Made by a program: the position numbers and the translations under genes. Below, in pieces: positions 37,229-45,385 of a stretch of 64,000 nucleotides of DNA; the first letter of the stretch is position 1, and every line of letters begins with the position of its first letter. The stretch comes from an uncultured Acholeplasmatales bacterium (GTDB lineage Bacteria > Bacillota_I > Bacilli_A > Acholeplasmatales > Anaeroplasmataceae), in the NCBI GenBank assembly GCA_944324725.1, contig CALUXJ010000001.1, positions 4,481 through 68,480 of the forward strand, written 5' to 3'. The notes under the pieces are model-generated. The model was not told the origin of the DNA and did not search any database. It saw only the letters and a list, made by a program, of their open reading frames with translations.

Positions 37229-39282
37229 TAATTTAATTTATTTTGGGCAATGACTTTGTCCTTTAAATAAGCTGGAACTTCTTCATAGCTTAAGAATTCC
37301 CGATTAAAGTAGGCACTAGATTGCGTTATCGCTTTTAATTCTTGGGCATAATTTAAAATTTCAGCTTCTGGAACAGTTGCTACAATTTCTTGGTTGCCAT
37401 CACCCTTATCATTCATTTCTAAAACTTTAGCTCGTTTTTGATTTAAATCAGATAAAACATCCCCAAGATATTGACTTTGAACATTGATAGTAATCTTATA
37501 AATTGGCTCTAAAATAATTGGGTTAGCCTTCATATAAGCATCCTTGAAAGCTAAAATAGCTGCCATCTTAAAGGCCATTTCGTTAGAATCAACAGAATGA
37601 TATTTACCATCAAGAAGAGTGGCCTTAACATTTATAACAGGGAAACCAGCAAGTAGGCCTTGTTGCATAGCTTCAAGGAAACCCTTTTCTACAGCAGGGA
37701 AGTAGTTTTTCGGTACAGCACCACCAAAGACCTCTTCAGTAAAATAAGTATGATCAGCTGGTGAGAAACGCATTTGAACAACCCCATAATAACCAGCCCC
37801 ACCACTTTGCTTGATATAGCGGCCATCACCAAGGGCTTCTTTAGTAATACTTTCGCGATAGACAATTTTTGGATCTTCAGTTTTTACTTCTACCTTATAT
37901 ACATTTTTCATTTTTTCTAGAATGTAAGATAAGTGAGATAGACCAGCCCCACCAAGTAGTAATTGTTTAGTTTCCTGATTACGTTTTACTTCAACAGTTG
38001 GGTCTTCAATCATAATTTTTTGTAAAACTTGTGATAATTTATCCTCATCAGCTTTGTTCTTAGGTATTAGAGCTAAAAAGATGACAGCTGTAGGATATTT
38101 TACAGGTTTATAGGTTACAATATTTTTAGGTGAGCAAAGCGTATAGCTAGATCTAACATTAGAAAGTTTTGTAGTAGCGGCTATATCACCAGCATGAACT
38201 TCTTGAACATTTGTTTGGGTTTTACCACACATAGTAAAGAGAGTTGTAATTTTTTCGGTTTTGCCGGTTTGTGGTACATAGATATCGTCACCTAATTTTA
38301 ATACGCCAGAATTTACTTTAAAAATATTTATTACGCCGGCATATGGATCAACGATAGTTTTGAACACATAGGCTGAGAATGGTTCTGAATCATTTGTCTT
38401 TCTCTCAACAACACTGCCATCACTAGTTTGGACTTGATAAGGCTTAAGATCGCTTGGAGATGGTAAATAATCTACCATCATGCTTAAAAGGGTATGAATA
38501 CCTATGTTTTTGGTAGCAGAACCAACAATAACAGGAATTAAATCACCGTTTAAGACACCATCTCTTAGCCCTTTATGAATTTCTTCTCTAGTTAATTCTT
38601 CCCCGGCAAAGAATTTTTCAAGTAATTCCTCATTAGTGGAGGCAACAGCTTCACAAATAGTGTTATGTAATTCAAATATCTTAGCCCGTTTATCTGGATA
38701 AATTTCGTCATCTACACATTCAACCCCATTATATTTGCGAGCTTTAAGATCAACGACATTAACAAAACCATCAAAATTAGCCTCATGGCCAATTGGGTAG
38801 CTAAATGGCACAGCATTTTTACCAAGTTTAGTTCTAATTTCAGTCAATATGTCTTCAAAATTAACGTTTTCTTTATCCATTTTGTTGACATAAATAATGG
38901 TTGGAATATTGCGTCTTCTTAATGTATGCCAATGTTTTAAAGTACCGACTTGGACACCACTAGCAGCATCAATAACTAAAATGGCTCCCTTGATTAAACG
39001 AGTTACACTTAAGATTTCTCCAACAAAATCATCATTGCCCGGTAAATCAATTAAGTTAAGCTTATGGTCATTATAGTATACGGGTACGACACTTGCATTA
39101 ATAGAAGAGCCTCGACTATGTTCTTCATCAGAATAGTCGGAAATAGTATTTTTCTTTTCTACCTCTCCTTTTTGTTTTATTAATCCTGTGGCATAAGCGA
39201 AGGCTTCAACTAAAGTAGTCTTGCCACTACCAAGGTGTCCTAGGATAGCCACATCTCTGATATTGTCTGCATTATATATCAT
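37228..39282 (-). CDS. EF-G family translational GTPase paralogue (not the canonical fusA context)
   Basis: G1 GHLGSGKTT, G2-region RGSSI, G3 DLPGNDDF, G4 NKMD, G5 GSATKN. EF-G domains II-V are recognisable (LLGGAGLSHL, HSVDSNEMAFKMAA). 684 aa. Not adjacent to rpsL/rpsG/tuf. Confidence 0.85.
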   Translation of the reverse strand: MIYNADNIRDVAILGHLGSGKTTLVEAFAYATGLIKQKGEVEKKNTISDYSDEEHSRGSSINASVVPVYYNDHKLNLIDLPGNDDFVGEILSVTRLIKGAILVIDAASGVQVGTLKHWHTLRRRNIPTIIYVNKMDKENVNFEDILTEIRTKLGKNAVPFSYPIGHEANFDGFVNVVDLKARKYNGVECVDDEIYPDKRAKIFELHNTICEAVASTNEELLEKFFAGEELTREEIHKGLRDGVLNGDLIPVIVGSATKNIGIHTLLSMMVDYLPSPSDLKPYQVQTSDGSVVERKTNDSEPFSAYVFKTIVDPYAGVINIFKVNSGVLKLGDDIYVPQTGKTEKITTLFTMCGKTQTNVQEVHAGDIAATTKLSNVRSSYTLCSPKNIVTYKPVKYPTAVIFLALIPKNKADEDKLSQVLQKIMIEDPTVEVKRNQETKQLLLGGAGLSHLSYILEKMKNVYKVEVKTEDPKIVYRESITKEALGDGRYIKQSGGAGYYGVVQMRFSPADHTYFTEEVFGGAVPKNYFPAVEKGFLEAMQQGLLAGFPVINVKATLLDGKYHSVDSNEMAFKMAAILAFKDAYMKANPIILEPIYKITINVQSQYLGDVLSDLNQKRAKVLEMNDKGDGNQEIVATVPEAEILNYAQELKAITQSSAYFNREFLSYEEVPAYLKDKVIAQNKLN

Positions 39283-39382
39283 TTTATTACCTTCTTTCTT
39301 TTTGAAAACGTTATCATTAAGGTTATTATAGCATAAGAAAAAATAAAGATAAATAAAATTGTTTTAGTAATGATAATTTTTT

Positions 39383-39391
39383 TGTTATAAT
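39383..39391 (+). promoter_or_regulatory. Extended -10 promoter candidate (TGtTATAAT) for 39420-39971
   Basis: TGTTATAAT at 39383-39391, about 28 nt upstream of the ATG. Confidence 0.4.
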
Positions 39392-39419
39392 AGGAATAAA
39401 AGTAAAGGGAAGTGCTAAG

Positions 39420-39971
39420 ATGGAGCGATTTATTTTAACCACAGAGACTAATAAAACATTTACTCAAGAAATAAAAAATTTTTTTATGGTTAAAAATGAA
39501 AAAATTATAGACAATATGCATATTTTATTCTTGAATAATATTTCTCTTGAGGATGTTATTCATACCATTAGAGCTTTAACTGTTGATTTATTATTAGAAA
39601 ATAAGGTTTATATTAGTGGTAGTAAAACTAACTTGATGCGTGAATTAGAGTTTGCTATAAAGGGTTTTAGCAACTTAGATAATGGCATTTATTTAGCTCC
39701 TCAGCTTTTAACTCAAGCCCAAAATAAAAAGGAAGCATTAAAAATTCTTTTAGATAAATATTATGATGATCATAATTTTATGGAATTGTTAAATACATTT
39801 TTTAACAATAATTTAAATGTAGTAGTTTCAGCTAACCTTTTGTACATGCATCGCAATACGTTACTATATAAAATTAATGCCTTTTACGAGTATACTGGCT
39901 TTAATGTCAAAAATTTTAAAGACGCAGCAGTTTTATATATGAGCCTGTGCGAGAAAAATAGTGTTATCTAA
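39420..39971 (+). CDS. PucR-type C-terminal HTH domain regulator (small, 183 aa)
   Basis: The C-terminal SANLLYMHRNTLLYKINAFYEYTGFNVKNFKDA matches the PucR-family HTH pattern (hrnTl.yRl.ki...tG.d). Confidence 0.6.
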   Translation: MERFILTTETNKTFTQEIKNFFMVKNEKIIDNMHILFLNNISLEDVIHTIRALTVDLLLENKVYISGSKTNLMRELEFAIKGFSNLDNGIYLAPQLLTQAQNKKEALKILLDKYYDDHNFMELLNTFFNNNLNVVVSANLLYMHRNTLLYKINAFYEYTGFNVKNFKDAAVLYMSLCEKNSVI

Positions 39972-40315
39972 GCTAATTAATTATTTAAACTTTACGATAG
40001 CTTAATAATTTTTGTGTCTAAAAAAATTAAAAGAACTATTTTATTTATACAATTTGATGAAAAAAAGCAAATTAAGTTTTTTGGCAAATTAATGCCTTAA
40101 TTTGAGGCTATGCAACTAAAGAAAAGTATAATATACTACCTAAGGAAAGTGTGGTTATTGCTAGCTTAAAGTTTGAGACAATTATTAGATGATAAAGTAA
40201 GAAAATATAAATTGATTAGAAAAAGTCATGCTTTTTAGTAAATTTTTGTGCATTATGTCTATAGTTTAGCGCTTTCACAAGCAGTATAATTATCCTAGAT
40301 TTTGAGGAGGATTTT

Positions 40316-41422
40316 ATGGCTACATTAAGTTTAAGAAATATTAATAAGATATATCCTAACGGCGTTCAAGCAGTTTTTGACTTTAATCTTGAAATAGCTG
40401 ATAAGGAATTTATTGTTTTTGTAGGCCCATCTGGCTGTGGTAAATCTACTACACTTAGAATGATTGCTGGTCTAGAAGAAATTTCTTCAGGTGAACTTTA
40501 TATTGATGGTGAATTAATGAATGATGTTTCACCTAAGGATAGAGGAATTGCGATGGTTTTCCAATCATATGCTCTATATCCTCACATGACGGTTTATGAT
40601 AATATGGCTTTTGGTCTAGTTTTAAGAAGAGTACCAAGAGAAGAAATTCAAAAAAGAGTTAATGAAGCAGCTGAAATATTAGGTTTAACACCATATTTAA
40701 AGAGAAAGCCAAAGGCTTTATCAGGTGGTCAAAGACAAAGAGTTGCTTTAGGTAGAGCTATTGTTCGTGATGCTAAGGTATTCTTAATGGACGAACCATT
40801 ATCTAACCTTGATGCTAAACTACGTGTTACTATGCGTACAGAAATTACTAAGTTACATCGTCGTATTGGTTCAACTACCATTTATGTAACTCATGACCAA
40901 ACAGAAGCCATGACAATGGCAACAAGAATTGTTGTTATGTGTGATGGTCGTGTTCAACAAGTTGGTACACCAGAAGAAATTTATACTAATCCTGCTAATG
41001 TTTTCGTTGCTGGTTTTATCGGTACTCCACCAATGAACTTTATTACAGGTACCGTTAATAGTTCAGGTTTATTTAGTACTACACACGGAACTTATCATGT
41101 TCAAATCCCGGCTGGCAAACTAGACGTTTTAAAGAGCAAAGGTTATATTGGCAAGGAATTAATTTTAGGTATTAGACCAGAAGATATTCACGATGAACCA
41201 ATTGTTATGGAAACTTACCCAGACGCTACTGTTGAATTAACGGTTGATGTATCTGAATTACTAGGTGCAGATACAAATATTTATACAACAATGGATGGAT
41301 GTTCTGTAACAGCTTCTGTAGGTGCTCGTGATGATTTATCTATTGGTAGTAAAGTTAAATTAGCATTTGACATGAATAAATGTCACTTCTTTGACAAAGA
41401 TACGGAAAAAGTTATACACTAA
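40316..41422 (+). CDS. msmK: Orphan carbohydrate (CUT1-type) ABC transporter ATPase, MsmX/MsmK/UgpC-like
   Basis: GPSGCGKSTTLRMIAGLEEISSGELYIDG, VFQSYALYPHMTVYDNMAFGL, LSGGQRQRVALGRAIV, and a C-terminal TOBE-like region. No permease or SBP gene is adjacent. Confidence 0.88.
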   Translation: MATLSLRNINKIYPNGVQAVFDFNLEIADKEFIVFVGPSGCGKSTTLRMIAGLEEISSGELYIDGELMNDVSPKDRGIAMVFQSYALYPHMTVYDNMAFGLVLRRVPREEIQKRVNEAAEILGLTPYLKRKPKALSGGQRQRVALGRAIVRDAKVFLMDEPLSNLDAKLRVTMRTEITKLHRRIGSTTIYVTHDQTEAMTMATRIVVMCDGRVQQVGTPEEIYTNPANVFVAGFIGTPPMNFITGTVNSSGLFSTTHGTYHVQIPAGKLDVLKSKGYIGKELILGIRPEDIHDEPIVMETYPDATVELTVDVSELLGADTNIYTTMDGCSVTASVGARDDLSIGSKVKLAFDMNKCHFFDKDTEKVIH

Positions 41423-41424
41423 TT

Positions 41425-41447
41425 AAGAGGCTTTAGAGCCTCTTTAT
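41425..41447 (+). terminator. Hairpin terminator candidate after msmK
   Basis: AAGAGGCT-TTAG-AGCCTCTT followed by a short T-rich tract. Confidence 0.55.
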
Positions 41448-41503
41448 AGCGCTTACATAATACTTTAGTTTAATTAAAGTCTTTAAAAAAACACAAAATG
41501 TTG

Positions 41504-41509
41504 TATAAT
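41504..41509 (+). promoter_or_regulatory. -10 box candidate for the pgk operon (inside the shared 17-mer AAATGTTGTATAATATA)
   Basis: TATAAT at 41504-41509, 41 nt upstream of the pgk ATG. The -35 is weak. Confidence 0.4.
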
Positions 41510-41550
41510 ATATTGTAGAGATTTTATAGCTATAATGGAGGTATTTTATA

Positions 41551-42741
41551 ATGGCTAAAAAAGTAGTATCTGATTTAAACTTAAATGGTAAAAAAGTTTT
41601 AATTAGAGTTGATTTTAACGTTCCTATGAAAGATGGTGTTATCACTGATGACACTCGTATTAGAGCAGCTTTACCTACAATTAAATATGTTTTAGATAAT
41701 GGTGGTAAGGCAATTGTCTTCTCTCATCTTGGACGTATTAAGAAAGAAGAAGATTTAGCAAAGGGTGATATGGCACCAGTTGCAAAACATTTTGAAGAAT
41801 TATTAGGTAAAAAAGTTACTTTTGTTAATGCAACAAGAGGTAAAGAATTAGAAGATGCTATCGCTAAGATGAATGTTGGCGATGTAGTAATGTTCCAAAA
41901 CACTCGTTATGAAGATTTAGATGGTAAGAAAGAATCTTCAAATGATCCTGAACTTGGTGCATATTGGGCTAGTCTAGGTGATGTATTTGTTAATGATGCT
42001 TTTGGTACTGCGCATAGAGCTCATGCTTCTAACGTTGGTATTGCATCTCACATCAGTGAAAGTGCTGCTGGTTTCTTATTAGATAAGGAAATTAAGTTCA
42101 TCGGTGGTGCTGTTGACAATCCTAAACATCCATATGTTGCTATTCTTGGTGGTGCTAAGGTATCAGATAAGATTGGCGTTATTTCTGAATTAATTAAGAA
42201 AGCTGATAAGATTTTAATTGGTGGCGGTATGATGTTCACTTTCTTAAAGGCTTTAGGTCATAACATTGGTAAATCTTTATGTGAAGATGATAAGGTTGAA
42301 TTAGCAAAAGAATTATTAAAAGAAGCAGATGGCAAGATTGTTTTACCAGTTGATGCTGTTTGTGCTAAAGAATTTGCTGATGTTAAAGGCGAAGTTAAAG
42401 ATGTTGATAATATTGCTTCAGATGATATGGGCTTAGATATTGGTCCTAAGACATTAGAATTATTTACAAATGAATTAAAGGGTGCTGCTACAGTAGTATG
42501 GAATGGACCTATGGGTGTATTCGAAATGAAGAATTTTGCTGCTGGTACATTAGGTATCTGTGAAGCTATCGCTCATCTTGATGGTGCAATCACTATTGTT
42601 GGTGGTGGTGATAGTGTTGCCGCTGTTGAAAAATTAGGTTATGCTGAAAAGTTCAGCCATGTTTCAACTGGTGGTGGTGCATCTCTTGAATATTTAGAAG
42701 GTAAAGTATTACCAGGTATCGCTTGTTTATCAGAAAAGTAA
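41551..42741 (+). CDS. pgk: Phosphoglycerate kinase
   Basis: [35 protein letters not shown] and GGGDS are classic Pgk motifs. Confidence 0.97.
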   Translation: MAKKVVSDLNLNGKKVLIRVDFNVPMKDGVITDDTRIRAALPTIKYVLDNGGKAIVFSHLGRIKKEEDLAKGDMAPVAKHFEELLGKKVTFVNATRGKELEDAIAKMNVGDVVMFQNTRYEDLDGKKESSNDPELGAYWASLGDVFVNDAFGTAHRAHASNVGIASHISESAAGFLLDKEIKFIGGAVDNPKHPYVAILGGAKVSDKIGVISELIKKADKILIGGGMMFTFLKALGHNIGKSLCEDDKVELAKELLKEADGKIVLPVDAVCAKEFADVKGEVKDVDNIASDDMGLDIGPKTLELFTNELKGAATVVWNGPMGVFEMKNFAAGTLGICEAIAHLDGAITIVGGGDSVAAVEKLGYAEKFSHVSTGGGASLEYLEGKVLPGIACLSEK

Positions 42742-42754
42742 TAAGGAGAATTTT

Positions 42755-43003
42755 ATGACAAAATCAGTTACTGTTAAAAGCACAGTAGGTTTACACGCGG
42801 CTTTAGCAGCAAAGGTAGTCCAAGCTGCATCAAAATATAATGTAGATATTAATTTAATTTATAATGATCGCACTATTGATGTTAAATCAATTTTAGGACT
42901 TATGTCTTTAGCAATTCCTTCAGGCGAAAATGTGATTATCGAAGCAACCGGTAATCAAGCTGAAGCTGCTATTGATGATATTGCAAGTATCTTATCAAAA
43001 TAA
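42755..43003 (+). CDS. ptsH: HPr-like phosphocarrier/regulatory protein with non-canonical residues after His15
   Basis: 82 aa. GLHAALAA in place of GIHARPA (His present, Arg17 and Pro18 replaced). The Ser46 region VKSILGLMSLAI is conserved. Confidence 0.8.
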   Translation: MTKSVTVKSTVGLHAALAAKVVQAASKYNVDINLIYNDRTIDVKSILGLMSLAIPSGENVIIEATGNQAEAAIDDIASILSK

Positions 43004-43026
43004 TTTTTAGAAAAGGTGTATTTTAA

Positions 43027-43779
43027 ATGAGAAAACCAATGATGGTCGCAAACTGGAAGATGAACAAAACTCGGGATGAGGCTTTAGCTTTCATTTATGC
43101 TATTAACGAGAACCTTCCTTCTTGTGATGTAGTGGACACAGTTATTTGTGCTCCAGCTATTTTGTTGCGCGACTTAGTAAAAAGACAAGGTGACAACCTT
43201 CGCATTGGCGCACAAAATATGTATTACGAAGAATTTGGCGCTTTTACTGGAGAAATTAGTCCTGTAATGCTACAAACTACTGGTGTAGAGTATGTAATAG
43301 TTGGTCATAGTGAAAGACGTAGTTTATTTGGTGAGAGTGACGAACTAGTTAATAAGAAAGTCCTTTCTGCTATTAATCATGGTCTTAAGCCTATCCTTTG
43401 TGTAGGTGAAACATTAGATCAAAGAGAACTAGGTATTACTTCTAGTGTCATTAGAAAGCAGTTAGAAATTGCTTTAAATGGAGTATCTGTTAAAGATGTT
43501 AGCAATGTAATTATTGCATATGAACCAGTTTGGGCAATTGGAACAGGTAAAACAGCTGCTAGTAGTGATGCTGAAGAAGAATGCAAAAACATCAGACAAG
43601 CAATTAAAGAATTATATAATGCAGTTACTGCTGATGAAATGCGTATTTTATATGGTGGTTCTATGAAACCAGCAAATGCTAAGGAACTAGTAAGCATGCC
43701 TAATATTGATGGCGGTTTAGTTGGTGGAGCTAGCTTAGATCCAAATTCTTTCTTAGAATTAGTTAAATGCTGTGAATAA
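43027..43779 (+). CDS. tpiA: Triosephosphate isomerase
   Basis: ANWKMN, VGHSERR, AYEPVWAIGTG and GGASL motifs. Confidence 0.97.
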   Translation: MRKPMMVANWKMNKTRDEALAFIYAINENLPSCDVVDTVICAPAILLRDLVKRQGDNLRIGAQNMYYEEFGAFTGEISPVMLQTTGVEYVIVGHSERRSLFGESDELVNKKVLSAINHGLKPILCVGETLDQRELGITSSVIRKQLEIALNGVSVKDVSNVIIAYEPVWAIGTGKTAASSDAEEECKNIRQAIKELYNAVTADEMRILYGGSMKPANAKELVSMPNIDGGLVGGASLDPNSFLELVKCCE

Positions 43780-43785
43780 AGAATT

Positions 43786-43826
43786 GGAGTTCATTTCACT
43801 TTTTAGTGATTTGGACTCTTTTTTTA
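43786..43826 (+). terminator. Intrinsic terminator after tpiA
   Basis: Imperfect hairpin GGAGTTCATTTCACT-TTTT-AGTGATTTGGACTC followed by TTTTTTT. Confidence 0.7.
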
Positions 43827-43930
43827 TGCTTCAAAATTGCACCTATAAAATAACAATTTAATAAAATTAATCAATTTATATAAAAAAATTAATTTTATTA
43901 ATTAAAACATTAAAAAAATTAATTTATATA

Positions 43931-43958
43931 TTGACTTTAATTAATAAAGATGTATTAT
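43931..43958 (+). promoter_or_regulatory. Sigma-A-type promoter candidate for the small-ORF/DUF2089 operon
   Basis: TTGACT (43931-43936), 16-nt spacer, TATTAT (43953-43958). Two copies of TAAAAAAATTAATTT lie upstream (43881 and 43911). Confidence 0.5.
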
Positions 43959-43980
43959 ATAAATAAAGAGGGTGATTATA

Positions 43981-44136
43981 ATGTTATTCAAGTATATTAA
44001 TTACAAAAATATGAAAGATGAAATTAAAACTATAGATTGGCGACCAGTATATTTAAAACCTACTTTTGGGCAAATATCAATGGATGCTGAACAAAATGGT
44101 TATATTTGTATTGATAAAAGTGATTTATTGAAATAG
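43981..44136 (+). CDS. 51-aa ORF not in the supplied track (below its length cut-off); function unknown
   Basis: AGAGGGTG RBS 5 nt before the ATG. Translation MLFKYINYKNMKDEIKTIDWRPVYLKPTFGQISMDAEQNGYICIDKSDLLK. Its TAG stop lies within the TAGGAGG RBS of the next gene. Confidence 0.5.
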   Translation: MLFKYINYKNMKDEIKTIDWRPVYLKPTFGQISMDAEQNGYICIDKSDLLK

Positions 44137-44145
44137 GAGGATAAA

Positions 44146-44529
44146 ATGTATAACGTATTAACTAAATGTCCGGTTTGTGGTGGGGAGTTAAAGGTCACCA
44201 AATTAGAATGTACTAATTGTAATAGTAAAATTGAAGGAGAGTTCAAATTATCTAAATTTAACTATTTAAGTGATGAACAACTTAAATTCGCTTTAGTGTT
44301 TTTAAAAAATGCTGGCAACATTAAGGCAGTGGAAAAGGAGCTAGACATCTCTTATCCAACAGTTAAGAAAAATTTAGATGAATTAATCGAGGCGCTCGGC
44401 TTTTCAAAGGTTGATATTAAAGGAGAAGTAACAGAATATAATAATCGCAAAGATGTTTTAGCTGCTTTAAAGGATAATCGAATTTCTTATGAAGAAGCTA
44501 AAAAGATTTTAGCAGGCTTGGAGGAATAA
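44146..44529 (+). CDS. DUF2089 protein (zinc ribbon plus HTH)
   Basis: CPVCGGELKVTKLECTNCNSKIEGEF and LSDEQLKFALVFLKNAGNIKAVEKELDISYPTVKKNLDE. Confidence 0.78.
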   Translation: MYNVLTKCPVCGGELKVTKLECTNCNSKIEGEFKLSKFNYLSDEQLKFALVFLKNAGNIKAVEKELDISYPTVKKNLDELIEALGFSKVDIKGEVTEYNNRKDVLAALKDNRISYEEAKKILAGLEE

Positions 44530-44531
44530 AA

Positions 44532-45356
44532 ATGTTAGAAATATATTTAGAGGAACTAGAAAAAAGTTTAACCCAACATAATATTTCTTCGGCACAAATA
44601 CTTGAAAAAATTAAAGAACAAATTGAGCTTTATGAAGAAGCTAACTTAACAGAGGAGGAAATTATTAAAAGGTTACCAAGTATTGATGAACTTATTTATC
44701 AAAATTTGCAAGTAAAGGCTGCTGAAAAACAATCAGTATTATTAGAATTGGATTTAAAAAGTTGCTCAGATTTGGTTATCAAATCAAGTCCCAATCCTGG
44801 TATTAGCTATCAAATTGATGATGATTTACTACCTTATTTTGAGATAGAAAAATTAAAAGAAAAGCTTTATATCAGGGAAAAGTCCAAATTATTTAGCAAT
44901 AAGATTAGTTCTTATGACTTAACTATACTATGCGGTCCAGATATCTCATTTAGTGATATTAATATCAATGTTATTAGCACGGATGTTAGTTTGTTTTTTT
45001 TAACGATTAATAAATTGAGATTAAATGCCGTTAGTGGTGATATTTCTTTAAAAGATTTAATTATTTCCAACGCAAGTATAAGTAGTGTTAGCGGCGATTT
45101 ACGCATTGTTAATGGATCAATTAATGAAGATTGTAAATTGTCAACCGTTAGTGGTGATATAGACATGCTAAATACTAGTTTAAATGCTAATACAAGTATT
45201 AAAACAGTAAGTGGTGATGCCATATTAAAGGGAAATAATATTGATCAAAACAAAATTACGATGAGTACGATTTCTGGGGATTTACAAATTAATAAGCGAG
45301 TAGTGGGAACTTCACTATCTAGTAAGTTACAAAATATGTTTAAGAATATGTTTTAA
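44532..45356 (+). CDS. DUF1700-like N-terminal region fused to a DUF4097 ('putative adhesin', beta-helical) domain
   Basis: N-terminus MLEIYLEELEKSL...EEEIIKRL. Repeated VSGDI/ISGDL units (AVSGDISL, SVSGDLRI, TVSGDIDM, TVSGDAIL, TISGDLQI). Confidence 0.65.
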   Translation: MLEIYLEELEKSLTQHNISSAQILEKIKEQIELYEEANLTEEEIIKRLPSIDELIYQNLQVKAAEKQSVLLELDLKSCSDLVIKSSPNPGISYQIDDDLLPYFEIEKLKEKLYIREKSKLFSNKISSYDLTILCGPDISFSDININVISTDVSLFFLTINKLRLNAVSGDISLKDLIISNASISSVSGDLRIVNGSINEDCKLSTVSGDIDMLNTSLNANTSIKTVSGDAILKGNNIDQNKITMSTISGDLQINKRVVGTSLSSKLQNMFKNMF

Positions 45357-45385
45357 TTTAGCGATTTTTGTTTGGAGGTGAGGGT

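Noticed and set aside
40262-40275. cre-like (CcpA) site GTTTAGCGCTTTCA just upstream of a TATAAT (40285-40290) ahead of the sugar ABC ATPase.
   Set aside because: Only the right half matches the TGWAANCGNTNWCA consensus, and the left half has three mismatches. It is too weak to call without a genome-specific motif model.
41433-41654. 73-aa minus-strand ORF over the pgk promoter and 5' end.
   Set aside because: It overlaps the msmK terminator, the pgk promoter and the conserved pgk N-terminus. It has no RBS.
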